Positions 9,727 to 22,536 of a stretch of 64,000 bases of DNA are shown one piece after another. The translations under genes and the position numbers were made by a program. Numbering within the stretch: position 1 is the stretch's first letter; each line of letters starts with the position of its first letter. The notes under the pieces were generated by a model that saw only the letters and a program-made list of their open reading frames with translations, made no database searches and was not told the DNA's origin. Source of the stretch: Pseudomonadota bacterium (lineage in GTDB: Archaea; Thermoplasmatota; SW-10-69-26; JACQPN01; JAJPHT01); NCBI GenBank assembly GCA_021325135.1, contig JAJPHT010000046.1, positions 32,001-96,000 on the forward strand, read 5' to 3'.

Positions 9727-10250
9727 CCGCGCCACTCCTCCCGCAGCAGGCCCATGATGATGCCGTCGCGCCACGCGCCGCGCTTGTGGTAGTGCCGCCT
9801 CAGGCGCCCCTCCTCGCGGAAGCCCAGGCGCGCGTAGAGTCGGCGCGCGGGGTTGTCCTCCACGACGTGGAGCCACACGCGCTGGAGGTTCAGGTCGACG
9901 AAGGCGTGGCGCAGCGCGAGGCGGACGGCCTCCTCGCCCACGCCGCGGCCGCGGTCGGCGGGGCTGAGGATGCCCAGCCCAAGCTCCGCGTGGCGCGCGA
10001 CGCGGTCCCACTCGGAGAGACCGAGGGTCCCCATGGCGCGGCCGTCCGCAGGGTCCGTCATGAGCCAGACGCGCTCGCGCTCCCCGTCGAGGCCGCGCAG
10101 CCAGCGCGACTCCATCTCCTCGGTGGTGGGGAACGCGAAGCGCAGCCAGCCGCGCAGGTCGGGGTCGTTGGCGAAGGCGAGCAGGAAGGGCACGTCGTCC
10201 TGGGTGGGCGCGCGCAGGACGACGCGCTGGCCGCGCAGGACGGGGAGCAT
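9723..10250 (-). CDS. GNAT family N-acetyltransferase (RimJ/RimL-like)
   Basis: LRGQRVVLR, RGRGVG acetyl-CoA motif, LNLQRVWLHV..N..ARRLY..LGFREEG, MGLLREEW. Confidence 0.92.
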   Translation of the reverse strand: MLPVLRGQRVVLRAPTQDDVPFLLAFANDPDLRGWLRFAFPTTEEMESRWLRGLDGERERVWLMTDPADGRAMGTLGLSEWDRVARHAELGLGILSPADRGRGVGEEAVRLALRHAFVDLNLQRVWLHVVEDNPARRLYARLGFREEGRLRRHYHKRGAWRDGIIMGLLREEWRG

Positions 10251-10251
10251 G

Positions 10252-11847
10252 CTACGGCGCGCTCCCGGCGGCCGCGGCGATGGCGCCCTCGTGGACCAGC
10301 GCGGTGAGCGCCGCCACGTCAGGAGCGAGCACGCGGTCCCTCTCCAGGAACGCGACGGCCTCGCGCACGCGGGCCAGCGCGCGTCGCGTGCCGGCGCCGG
10401 GCGTGAGCGGCCTGCGGAGGTCCAGCGCCTGGGCGGCGCAGAGAAGCTCGATGGCGACGACGCGCTCGGCGTTCTGGAGGATCTGCCGCGCGAGGAGCGC
10501 GCCCACGGCGCCGTTGCTCACGACGTCCTCCTGGTTCGCGCTGGTGGGGAGGCTGCCCACCACCGCCGGGTGCGCGAGCACCTGGTTCTCCAGCACCATG
10601 GCCGCGGCCACGTACTGCGGGATCATGAGGCCCGAGTTGAGGCCGCTCCTCTCCACGAGGAACGCGGGGAGCCCCTCCGAGAGGCGCGGGTCCACGAGGC
10701 GCGCGACGCGGCGCTCCGCCAGCGCGGCGACCTCCGCCAGGGCCGGCGCGAGGTACGCGCAGAGCAGGCCCAGGTTCTCGCCGTGGAAGTTGCCCCCCGA
10801 GACGGCGCCCTCCTCCAGGATGAGCGGGTTGTCGGTGGCGCTCCCCATCTCCACCTCCAGGCGCTCCTGCGCGTGGCGCAGCGCGTCGCGCACGGGGCCG
10901 AGGATCTGCGGCGCGCAGCGCAGCGAGTAGGCGTCCTGCACGCGGTCGCAGCCGGCGTGGCTCGCGACGACGCCCGAGTCCGCCAGGAGCGTGCGCAGGT
11001 GGGCCGCCGTCTCGGCCTGGCCCGGATGCGGGCGCGCGGCGTGGAGGCGCGGGTCGAAGGGCGCGACGCTGCCCAGGAGCGCCTCGATGCTCATGGCGGC
11101 GGCGACCTCGGCGGTGCGCACGAGGTTCCAGCCGTCGTGGACGAGGAGCGCCATCACGGCGCCCATCATCTGCGTGCCGTTGATGAGGGCGAGGCCCTCC
11201 TTGGGCTGCAGGACGAGGGGCGCGACGCCCGCGGCGCGCATGGCCTCGCGGCCGGGCACGACCTTGCCGTGGACGCGCGCCTCGCCCTCGCCGATGAGCA
11301 CCAGCGAGGCGTGGGCGAGGGGGACGAGGTCGCCCGAGGCGCCGAGGCTGCCGCGGCTGGGCACGACGGGCGTGATATCATGGTTGAGGAGGGCGAGGAT
11401 GGCCTCCACCGTCTCGACGCGCACGCCCGAGAGGCCCACGGCGAGGCTCGCGGCGCGAAGGAGCAGGAGGGCGCGGACGACCTCATCGGGAAGCGGCTCG
11501 CCGACGCCGCAGGCGTGGGAGAGGAGGAGATTGCGCTGGAGCGTCTCCAGGTCGCCCCGCGGGATGCGGACGCGCGCCAGCTCGCCGAAGCCGGTGGTGA
11601 CGCCGTAGGCGACGCGGCTCTCCTCGTCGTAGCGCTCCACCTGCATGCGCGAGACGGGGAGGCGCGCGTCGCTGGTCACGCCGAACTCGGGGGCGTGGCC
11701 CTCGCCCAGCATGGCGTCGACGCGGGCGCGGGAGAGGCCGATGCGCTCGCGGGCGGCGGGGGTGAGCGCGACGCGGCGGCCCCGGCGCGCGACGTCGACG
11801 ACGTCCTGCACGCGGAGCTTCTCCTCGCCCAGGCGGAAGGGCTGCAC
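10252..11847 (-). CDS. hutH: Histidine ammonia-lyase
   Basis: YGVTTGFG, LLSHACGVG, GSLGASGDL (MIO tripeptide ASG), KEGLALINGT, QDAYSLRC, GGNFHG, NQEDVVS. Confidence 0.95.
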   Translation of the reverse strand: MQPFRLGEEKLRVQDVVDVARRGRRVALTPAARERIGLSRARVDAMLGEGHAPEFGVTSDARLPVSRMQVERYDEESRVAYGVTTGFGELARVRIPRGDLETLQRNLLLSHACGVGEPLPDEVVRALLLLRAASLAVGLSGVRVETVEAILALLNHDITPVVPSRGSLGASGDLVPLAHASLVLIGEGEARVHGKVVPGREAMRAAGVAPLVLQPKEGLALINGTQMMGAVMALLVHDGWNLVRTAEVAAAMSIEALLGSVAPFDPRLHAARPHPGQAETAAHLRTLLADSGVVASHAGCDRVQDAYSLRCAPQILGPVRDALRHAQERLEVEMGSATDNPLILEEGAVSGGNFHGENLGLLCAYLAPALAEVAALAERRVARLVDPRLSEGLPAFLVERSGLNSGLMIPQYVAAAMVLENQVLAHPAVVGSLPTSANQEDVVSNGAVGALLARQILQNAERVVAIELLCAAQALDLRRPLTPGAGTRRALARVREAVAFLERDRVLAPDVAALTALVHEGAIAAAAGSAP

Positions 11848-11883
11848 GGCGGCGCGAGGCGCGGCGCCCCGGATAAGCGCTTC

Positions 11884-13596
11884 TCAGGCGGGGGCGGGCG
11901 AGGCCGCGGGGGCCGCCTTGGCCGCGGGCGGCGGCGTCTCGGGAAGCTCCACGAGGAACGTCGCGCCCTTGCCGGGCCCGTCGCTCTCGCACCAGAGCCG
12001 GCCGCCGTGGCGCTCGACGATGGCGCGGCTGATGGAGAGGCCCAGCCCCGAGCCCTTGCTGCGCATCTCCGGATCGGGATGCACCTGCGAGAAGGGCTGG
12101 AAGAGCTTCGCCTGCTGCTCGGCGTCGAGCCCGGGCCCCTCGTCGCGGACGCGGAGCAGCGCGCGGCCGCCCGCGGACTCCAGCGAGACGTGGACGGCGC
12201 TTCCCTCGGGGGAGAACTTCACGGCGTTGGAGAGGAGGTTCGTGAGCACCTGCGTGAGGCGCCCCGCGTCGGCCTTCACCGGGTGGATGCCCGGGACGTC
12301 GGCCGCGAGGCAGATGCGGCGGCTCGCGGCGGGCTCGCGGAACGAGCGCACCGCGTCGAGCACCAGGGAGGAAAGCTCCGCGTCGCGCACGTCGAGGCGA
12401 AGCTGGCCCGCCTGGATGCGCGCGATGTCGCGGATGTCGTTGAGGAGGCGCTGCACCTGGTCGAGGCTGCGCAGGGCGGCGTGGCGCCTCGCCGGCGCCT
12501 CCTCGGGGTCCTCCGAGGCGACGATGCTCATGCCCACGATGGTGAGGGGGGTCATGAGGTCGTGGACGACGGCGTTGAGGTAGTGCGTGCGCGAGTCCTC
12601 CAGCTCCTTCTGGCGCGCGAGGGAGGCCTTCAGGTCGCGCGTGAGGCGGAGGTTGTCCAGGATCGTCGCCGACTGGCGCAGGCCCGAGAGGATCACGACG
12701 GCCGCGGAGCCCGCGCGCAGGAAGGGGTCCACGCGGCCGTCGCGGGCGATGGCGAAGGCGTCCACGGCAAGCAGGGCGGCCAGCGCGACGGAGGGGAGGA
12801 GCGCCGCGCGCCACGTGGGCTCGGGGGGCCGCTCGGGCGCGGCCAGCGCGCGGTCGGGGTGCGAGGCGGCCAGGGCCAGGAGCACGAAGGCCGCGAGCCA
12901 GCCCGCGTCGACGACGTTGCCCACCTCGTAGGTCCCGTCCAGGGTGAGGTAGGCGTAGCCCACGTCCGCGGCGGCGAGGCACGCGAAGGCCAGCGCGGCG
13001 AGGCGCAGCGGGGGCGACCGCCTATGGCGCGTCGCGACCATGACGCCCACGATGGTGGCCAGGAGCGCCACGTCGAAGACGGGGTAGGCGAGGCCGATGG
13101 CGCGGGCAAGCCAGCCCTGCGTGGAGTCGGCCGCCAGCGGCGCCAGGACGAAGACCCACGCGCCCAGGAGGAGCGAGACGCCCAGGAGGAGCCCGTCGAG
13201 GATCATGGAGACGCGCGCCCAGCGGGGCCACTGCCTGGGCGTGAAGAGGAGAAACCCCGCGGCGGCGAGGGGGTAGGTGGCGAGATAGCCCACGTCCGCG
13301 AGGGAGGGGAAGGGCACGTCGATGCCCAGGCCGAACTCGTACCACGTCCAGACGGCCTCGCCCGCCCCATAGGCGAGGGCCGCGAGGCCGATCATCGTCC
13401 ACGCGCGCCGCGCGGCGCCGCGGGAGAGCCACGCGGCGCGCAGGCACGCGGCGCCCGCGAAGAGCGCGGCCGCGATGGTGCCCCCGTCGCTGAGCGCGCG
13501 CGTCGCCGCGTCGCCCCACCAGTCGAAGCGCATCCAGAGGGCGAAGAGGGGCACGGCCACGGCGCCGACGGCCAGCGACGCGCGGAAGACCCTCAT
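11884..13596 (-). CDS. Membrane-bound sensor histidine kinase
   Basis: Multi-TM N-terminal domain (PFPSLADVGY); H-box VVHDLMTPL, N-box NLLSNAVKF, DEGPGL, GSGLGL. Confidence 0.92.
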   Translation of the reverse strand: MRVFRASLAVGAVAVPLFALWMRFDWWGDAATRALSDGGTIAAALFAGAACLRAAWLSRGAARRAWTMIGLAALAYGAGEAVWTWYEFGLGIDVPFPSLADVGYLATYPLAAAGFLLFTPRQWPRWARVSMILDGLLLGVSLLLGAWVFVLAPLAADSTQGWLARAIGLAYPVFDVALLATIVGVMVATRHRRSPPLRLAALAFACLAAADVGYAYLTLDGTYEVGNVVDAGWLAAFVLLALAASHPDRALAAPERPPEPTWRAALLPSVALAALLAVDAFAIARDGRVDPFLRAGSAAVVILSGLRQSATILDNLRLTRDLKASLARQKELEDSRTHYLNAVVHDLMTPLTIVGMSIVASEDPEEAPARRHAALRSLDQVQRLLNDIRDIARIQAGQLRLDVRDAELSSLVLDAVRSFREPAASRRICLAADVPGIHPVKADAGRLTQVLTNLLSNAVKFSPEGSAVHVSLESAGGRALLRVRDEGPGLDAEQQAKLFQPFSQVHPDPEMRSKGSGLGLSISRAIVERHGGRLWCESDGPGKGATFLVELPETPPPAAKAAPAASPAPA

Positions 13597-13670
13597 CGCC
13601 CCTGGCTGGGCGACCCGGCCTCTTCAAGGGGCGTCCGTCCCGGGAGGGCGGACTCGGCGCGTCCGCTGGG

Positions 13671-13720
13671 GGAAAAAAGGAGAAAAAAGGAGGGCCGCCC
13701 CCGGAGGGGCGGCGGAGCGC
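13671..13720 (-). terminator. GC hairpin followed by oligo-T tracts
   Basis: The minus strand reads GCCGCCCC-TCC-GGGGCGGC then CCTCCTTTTTTCTCCTTTTTT just after the 13726 stop. Confidence 0.6.
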
Positions 13721-13725
13721 CGCGC

Positions 13726-15564
13726 TCAGGCGCAGCCGTGGGCGGGGTCCGACGCCGCGGCGACGCTGCGGCCGCCGACGTCCTGGCCCGTGGGGTTCAG
13801 GCTCGAGCCCGCGCCCACGAGCGTGGTGTCGTAGCAGTCCGTGTCGCGGAGGTTGTACGAGCCGCCCACGAGGCCGAGGAACCGCTCGTTCAGCTTCGCG
13901 CCGGTGGTGGGGTCGAGGTTCCAGTTGGCGGGGTCGCAGTTCCAGCCGTACACGTCGTGCGCGTTGCGGCCGATGCCCTGCGTGCACCACTCGGCGCCGT
14001 AGGTGCCCACGCCGCCGGGCGTGCGCAGGCCGGAGGCGGTGACGGTCGCGTAGAACGTGTAGTAGTCCGCGCGGAACGTGTCGGGCGCGACGCTGAGGCT
14101 GTCCTTCGTCTCCGCGTTGGGGGCGCCGACGCTGGGCTGCGTGCCCAGGTAGGTGACGCCGTTCCACCACTCGTCGGAGGTCAGCAGCAGGATGCCCACC
14201 GCGTGCACGGGCTGGCCGCCGTTGCTGGGCCGGCCGCACGTCAGGCCGCCGGAGCCGGGGACCGTGACGACGGGCAGCTCGGGCAGGGGGTCGCCGTTGG
14301 GGTCGATGGAGACGTCGTCGCAGGTGCTGCGGCCCATGACGCCCTGGAAGCCGAAGCTCATGTCGGCCTGGGTCTTGTCCGACGCGTAGGTGGCGCCGGA
14401 GTCGCTGGCCTCGAAGTTGCCGTAGAAGTCGCCGCCGCTGTCGTTGCTGGTGTCGCAGTCGCCCAGGAGCTCCTCGTTGGTCTCGTTGACCGTGGCGGGG
14501 ATCGTGCCCTGCGCGTTGGGCTGGAGGGTGCCGGGCGGGCGGACGGTCTGGATGTCGCCGGGGTCCGCGACGCCGCCCTCGGCGGGCGTGCCGGTGGCGG
14601 GGTCCGAGACGGTGATGGGGTCCGCGCTGCAGTCCTGCTCGCCCCAGACGATGCTGTTGCTGCCGCCGTGGCAGTCCTTCTCGGACACGTCCTGGCCGTC
14701 CTTGCAGCTCTGCTCGGTGCCGAAGGTGGGCTGGTCCAGGGGGCCGCCGGGCTGGTAGAGCGAGCGGGGGTCGGGGAGCGTCTGGACGATGCCGGTGGGG
14801 TCGTCCGCGACGCCCGTGTTGTAGAGGTCGTGCGGGGTGGGCGCGCGGGTGGACTCCACGCACACGAGGTGCTGGATGATGCCGCCCGTGTGGGACACGT
14901 CGCCGTGGCCGAAGGGGGGCACGATGCTCACCTGGCGGCAGTGGTCGCTGGGGACCAGGGGGCCGCCGGGGGTCACGGGCGCCGTGTGCAGGTCGCCCCA
15001 GACCTTGATGCCGGCGTCCGGGATGAGGCGGTAGTTGTTGGCGTTGGCCATGAGCTCGGTGGTGTCCGTGCCGCCGATGCTCGCGGGCGCGATGGGGATC
15101 AGCTCGGTGATCCAGCCGCCGTCGTTGTGGATGGTGCCCGCGTGCGCGGCGTCGTCAGGGGTGACGGGGCAGATGTCCGTGTTGACCGGGAAGCCGGCCG
15201 CGGCGCTGGCCTCGGCGCGGTACTCGATGAGCGCGCCGCCGGCGAAGCCGACGTAGCCGTCCTGGTTGCAGTCCGCCCAGACGCCCAGGACGGAGCGCCA
15301 GGCGCCCTCGCCCACGGTGCTGACGCGGCTCTGGAGGATCGCCGAGTTGGGGGCGACGCCGCCGTTGGTGCCTTCCGCGTTGTACACGTTGAAGTAGACC
15401 TGGGCGGTGGCGGTGCCCGGGGCGTCCGACCACATGAAGCCGTGGCCGACGTCGTAGCCCGAGTCGGGCTCGGCGCCGCCGACTGAGCCCCAGCCCGCCA
15501 GGGCCGAGGGGACAAGCATGGCCGTCGCCAGCGCGACAGCCGAAAGGGTGACGATGCGATTCAT
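13726..15564 (-). CDS. Large Cys/Asp/Gly-rich secreted protein (612 aa), paralog of 36185-38062
   Basis: Signal peptide; GVWADCNQDGYVG (Ca-binding-like DxNxDG); WITELIPI; YNLRDTDCYDTTLVG. Confidence 0.85.
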   Translation of the reverse strand: MNRIVTLSAVALATAMLVPSALAGWGSVGGAEPDSGYDVGHGFMWSDAPGTATAQVYFNVYNAEGTNGGVAPNSAILQSRVSTVGEGAWRSVLGVWADCNQDGYVGFAGGALIEYRAEASAAAGFPVNTDICPVTPDDAAHAGTIHNDGGWITELIPIAPASIGGTDTTELMANANNYRLIPDAGIKVWGDLHTAPVTPGGPLVPSDHCRQVSIVPPFGHGDVSHTGGIIQHLVCVESTRAPTPHDLYNTGVADDPTGIVQTLPDPRSLYQPGGPLDQPTFGTEQSCKDGQDVSEKDCHGGSNSIVWGEQDCSADPITVSDPATGTPAEGGVADPGDIQTVRPPGTLQPNAQGTIPATVNETNEELLGDCDTSNDSGGDFYGNFEASDSGATYASDKTQADMSFGFQGVMGRSTCDDVSIDPNGDPLPELPVVTVPGSGGLTCGRPSNGGQPVHAVGILLLTSDEWWNGVTYLGTQPSVGAPNAETKDSLSVAPDTFRADYYTFYATVTASGLRTPGGVGTYGAEWCTQGIGRNAHDVYGWNCDPANWNLDPTTGAKLNERFLGLVGGSYNLRDTDCYDTTLVGAGSSLNPTGQDVGGRSVAAASDPAHGCA

Positions 15565-15748
15565 TGCTCCAACACTCCACGGGCTGGGATAGCCTCCTCC
15601 AAGCTCCGTGGGCCTCGCTATCGCTTGTCATGAGAAAAGAGTTGCCTGGCGGCAAGGCCGGGACAGCGCCGTTGTCACCCTGGGGGGCAACGCGAAGGGG
15701 CTGTCCTCCATGGGCGCTCGCTAGGGGCTGCGCCCCCTTTCCCCCGCA

Positions 15749-15808
15749 CAACCCGAACCACCGAACCCACGAACCACGGTTCCTACTGTGGTTCGTGGGT
15801 TCGGGTTG
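15749..15808. repeat. Palindrome of (C)CGAACC(C/A) units
   Basis: 15761-15777 CCGAACCCACGAACCAC is the perfect reverse complement of 15788-15804; 15749-15759 can pair alternatively with 15798-15808. Confidence 0.85.
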
Positions 15809-15876
15809 CCAGAGGGTCTGGGGGACGAAGTCTCCCAGGAAGAGCGCCAGCGATCAGGCGGGCCCCGGCTTGCCCT

Positions 15877-19125
<3,249 letters not shown>

Positions 19126-19325
19126 GGGGCTCGGACCTTGCGCCCATAGAGGGGGCCCGTATTTAGCCGTATCCCCGCAGCGGAACCTGCGTTTCTCCTG
19201 GGGAAACGGACGGAAGGACAGACGTGTCCGGAACGGGTCACGGATGTCGTCCGGTGTCGGGAGCGGGACGGCGGGGCGCCCCAACGTTCATGGACCTTAG
19301 CAGGGCTCGCCGGAGCGATCCGCGA

Positions 19326-20858
19326 ATGAAGGCCCCGCTCCTCGCGCTGCTCCTGGCCATCCCCGCGCTGACGGGCTGCATTCAGCCCTCCACGCCGACG
19401 CCCGCGCCCGGCTCGTTCGGCGACTCGGCCGCGAAGCTGGCGTGCATCGATGGCGCGTGCAACTTCCAGGCGACGGCGTCGCCCTCGGGCCGCCAGGGGA
19501 ACGAGGTCTCCGTCGCGGTGAACCCCGCCGACCCCAAGGTCATCATCGCCACCGCCAAGGACTACACGCCCGACGAGGCGGGGGACTGCGTGTGGGCGGG
19601 CCTCTACAGCACGCAGGACGGCGGCAAGACGTGGCTGGACCAGAACGTGCCCGGCTCGCCGTGGAAGCACGAGAGCGATCCCACCACGCCCGTCACGGCG
19701 TTCACGAAGTTCTGGTGCGCCACCGATCCCGTGGTCGCGTGGAGCCCCGACGGCAAGACCGGCTACTGGGCCGTGATGCCCTACCAGTGCGATCCCGTCT
19801 CGGGGAGCAAGACGGGGCGCGGCACGGAGTCCAGGGGCGGGTTCAACGACTGGCTCTACACCTGCAGCAGCATGTTCGTCCTCGTCTCGCACGACGGGGG
19901 GAAGACGTGGCCCGCGGACGAGGCGCAGCAGGTGAGCCTCGGGCCTTTCATCGCCAACGACAAGGAGTGGATCAGCGTCTCGCCCGACGGCAAGAAGGTC
20001 CTCCTCTGCTGGGACTACGCGGGCGACACCGGCGGCGGGCCTGGCCTCCCCGGCGAGATCCCCGGGCTCCCCTTCGGGACGCCCAGCCCCAACGCGGCCG
20101 TCGTGTGCTCCGTCTCCGCGGACCAGGCCAAGACGTGGAGCAAGCCCGCGCCCGCCACCGACGCGGGCGGCTTCCCGTGGCTGGACTTCGACTCCACCGG
20201 CAAGGCGTGGATGGCCGTCGTCAACGACAGCGCGGTGCTGGTGCTCAGCAGCGCGGACGGCGTCTCGTGGAGCAAGCCCGTCGTGGCCGCCAGCTACGGC
20301 ATGCCCAGCGGCACCAACGAGTACGGCTGGCCCGTGCTCAACGGCAGCGCGTTCCGCATCGTGCCCTACGGCGCCCTCGCGGTGGACCGCACCTCGGGCC
20401 CGCACCACGGGCGCCTCTACGTCGCGTACTTCGACTTCGAGAACGGCACGGGCCACGCGATGCTCACGTGGAGCGACGACGGCAAGGCGTGGAGCGCGCC
20501 CGTGGACCTCTCCGACGCGCCGCAGTTCGACCAGTTCCTGCCCGCCGTGAGCGTGGGCCCCGACGGCACCGTGGACGCCTCGTGGCTCGACCGCCGCGAC
20601 GATCCCAGGCACCACCTCTACGACCTCTATTATTCGTACAGCCTGGACGGCGGCCTCTCGTGGGCGAAGAACCTGCGCGTGACCAACGTGAGCAGCGACG
20701 AGCAGTACTCGCACCACCAGAACGGCATGGTCTTCCTGGGCGACTACCGCGACATGCGCAGCGCGCGCGGGCAGGCCACCATGATCTGGGTCGACACGCG
20801 CAACCACAAGGCGGACGCCTTCGTCGCCACCGTGGATCGCCCCTCCGCGTCGTCGTAA
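19326..20858 (+). CDS. Sialidase-like (BNR/Asp-box) lipoprotein
   Basis: Lipobox LTGC; NEVSVAVNP, STQDGGKTW, SHDGGKTW, DKEW, SLDGGLSW, FLGDY. Confidence 0.88.
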   Translation: MKAPLLALLLAIPALTGCIQPSTPTPAPGSFGDSAAKLACIDGACNFQATASPSGRQGNEVSVAVNPADPKVIIATAKDYTPDEAGDCVWAGLYSTQDGGKTWLDQNVPGSPWKHESDPTTPVTAFTKFWCATDPVVAWSPDGKTGYWAVMPYQCDPVSGSKTGRGTESRGGFNDWLYTCSSMFVLVSHDGGKTWPADEAQQVSLGPFIANDKEWISVSPDGKKVLLCWDYAGDTGGGPGLPGEIPGLPFGTPSPNAAVVCSVSADQAKTWSKPAPATDAGGFPWLDFDSTGKAWMAVVNDSAVLVLSSADGVSWSKPVVAASYGMPSGTNEYGWPVLNGSAFRIVPYGALAVDRTSGPHHGRLYVAYFDFENGTGHAMLTWSDDGKAWSAPVDLSDAPQFDQFLPAVSVGPDGTVDASWLDRRDDPRHHLYDLYYSYSLDGGLSWAKNLRVTNVSSDEQYSHHQNGMVFLGDYRDMRSARGQATMIWVDTRNHKADAFVATVDRPSASS

Positions 20859-20867
20859 GGGGGCGCC

Positions 20868-21713
20868 ATGGGCCAGCTTGCCGACCGGTTCGCGGAGCTT
20901 TGCCGCGAGTACGGCAGCGACCCTTCGGCGCGCGCCTCGGACGTGCATGCGCTCGCCGCCCTGGAGGAGCGCGATCCCAAGGAGGCGCACGAGCGCTTCG
21001 TCGCGCTGCGCAAGGAGTTGGCCGTCACGCGGCGCGCCGAGCTTCTCCACGCGCTGAAGGGCTTCGCGTTCGTGCGCGACGTGCCCCCGCCCGACGTGCG
21101 CGGCATGGGACAGAAGGAGATCGACCGCGAGATCCGCTGGGCCGCCGCGTCGCTGCGCCGCGCGCGGGCCATCGTGGAGGCGTTGGCCGAGGAGGCCGCG
21201 CACCGCGCCGCGCTGGGGCTTCCCCAGGGGCCGCCCCTGGCGCCCGCGCCGTGGGACGACCTCGCGGCGCCGGAGGCCGAGGCGGAGGCGCGCCGAAGGA
21301 CCGCGGCGCGGGACGCGCGCCTCGCGCAGCGCGCCGCCGACGTGCGCCGCCGCGGCGCGAGGCACGGCCTCGACGTGCCTGCGGGCGCGGACCACGACGC
21401 GCTGGACGCCTTGGAGGCGCGCCTTGCCGAGGCGGAGGCGCTCTCGGAGGCGTTCGACGCCGTGTCGCGCGCCCTGCGCTCCCCCGACGTGGGCGAGTGG
21501 CGCCGCGAGTCGCGCCGCGCGCTGGAGCGCGAGGCCGACGCCCTGCGCGCCGCGGGCGACGCGGCGGGCCTGCGCGCGCTGGCGCCGCGGGCCGAGGCGC
21601 TGCGCGCAGAAGCGGCGCGCCTGGCCTCCGAGGCCGCGCGGGCCCGCCGCAGCGGCCGCGCCGCGCCCGCCCGCGAACGCCGCGCCGGCGACCCCCTCGA
21701 CCCCTACGGGTGA
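20868..21713 (+). CDS. Hypothetical helical/coiled-coil protein
   Basis: ATG 9 nt after the upstream stop; Ala/Arg/Glu-rich; GC3-biased codons. Confidence 0.65.
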   Translation: MGQLADRFAELCREYGSDPSARASDVHALAALEERDPKEAHERFVALRKELAVTRRAELLHALKGFAFVRDVPPPDVRGMGQKEIDREIRWAAASLRRARAIVEALAEEAAHRAALGLPQGPPLAPAPWDDLAAPEAEAEARRRTAARDARLAQRAADVRRRGARHGLDVPAGADHDALDALEARLAEAEALSEAFDAVSRALRSPDVGEWRRESRRALEREADALRAAGDAAGLRALAPRAEALRAEAARLASEAARARRSGRAAPARERRAGDPLDPYG

Positions 21714-21959
21714 GCGGCGCGCGCCGCCGGCCTGCGCGGGCAGTCAGCCGGACGGCGGCGACGCCTTGTAACTTCCAGCAGCATTCCCATTCACACAATC
21801 CGTTGGTCCGTACTTTGATCCGATGAGGATCGGCTTGGATTTTCCCATGCTAGAATTGTGAATCACCTTGCAGCTTCGTGCAGGACGTCCCCAAGCTTGT
21901 TATCAATCGACAACACGATTATGCATCATGGAGGCTGTTAGCGGCATGGTGGAAACACC

Positions 21960-22280
21960 ATGAAGACACTCGGAATCGTCATCAGCGCAACCCTCGTCGC
22001 CATGCTCGCCGTCGGCTTCACGCCCGCCGCCAGCGCCGCCTCCTCCTGCACCGTCTTCGGCACCGGCACGTGCACGTTCACCTGCAGCCCCGGCGAGCAG
22101 GTGTTCGTCGGCGCCGCGGGCCCCGAGGCCGTCGTCGGCTCCTGCGGCGAGGGCACCACCGCCTGCGTCGCGCCCACCGGCTCCAGCCTCTGCCAGGGCA
22201 CCACGCTCCCCCTCCTCACGGGCGGCACGGGCACCTGCGTCGCCGTCGGCACCAACGTCGCGACCTGCGAAGCGCACTAA
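21960..22280 (+). CDS. Small secreted Cys-rich protein (106 aa)
   Basis: Signal peptide ending ASA; 8 Cys in the mature part; preceded by GGTGG and an AT-rich upstream region. Confidence 0.8.
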   Translation: MKTLGIVISATLVAMLAVGFTPAASAASSCTVFGTGTCTFTCSPGEQVFVGAAGPEAVVGSCGEGTTACVAPTGSSLCQGTTLPLLTGGTGTCVAVGTNVATCEAH

Positions 22281-22304
22281 GACGCGGGTTCACCCACGAC
22301 GCAA

Positions 22305-22496
22305 GTCGTCCGGCCGCGCCGCAGCGCGGCTACCCGAGGGGGTTCGGGGGGCGAAGTCCCCTGACGTTTGGATCGTCTGCTGGAACGGGACTTCACGTCA
22401 GGGGGCTTCGCCCCCTGAAACCCCCTCGGGTCGCCGCGCTGCGGCGCGGCCGGACGACGATTGCTCCGGGGGGCTGCGCCCCCCGAACCCCCCTTT
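22305..22496. repeat. Palindromic REP/MITE-like element, copy 1
   Basis: About 60-bp imperfect arms (22305-22458) around a CTGACGT...ACGTCAG core, plus a GGGGGGCTGCGCCCCCCGAACCCCCC tail. Confidence 0.9.
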
Positions 22497-22536
22497 TGGC
22501 GCAAGCCTGAACCGGGGCGAGCCTCCTCGCCGCCGC

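Noticed and set aside
9853-15486. 1877-aa plus-strand ORF
   Set aside because: Antisense shadow of GNAT, hutH, the kinase and the secreted protein; stop-free because of high GC3 on the coding strand; no motifs.
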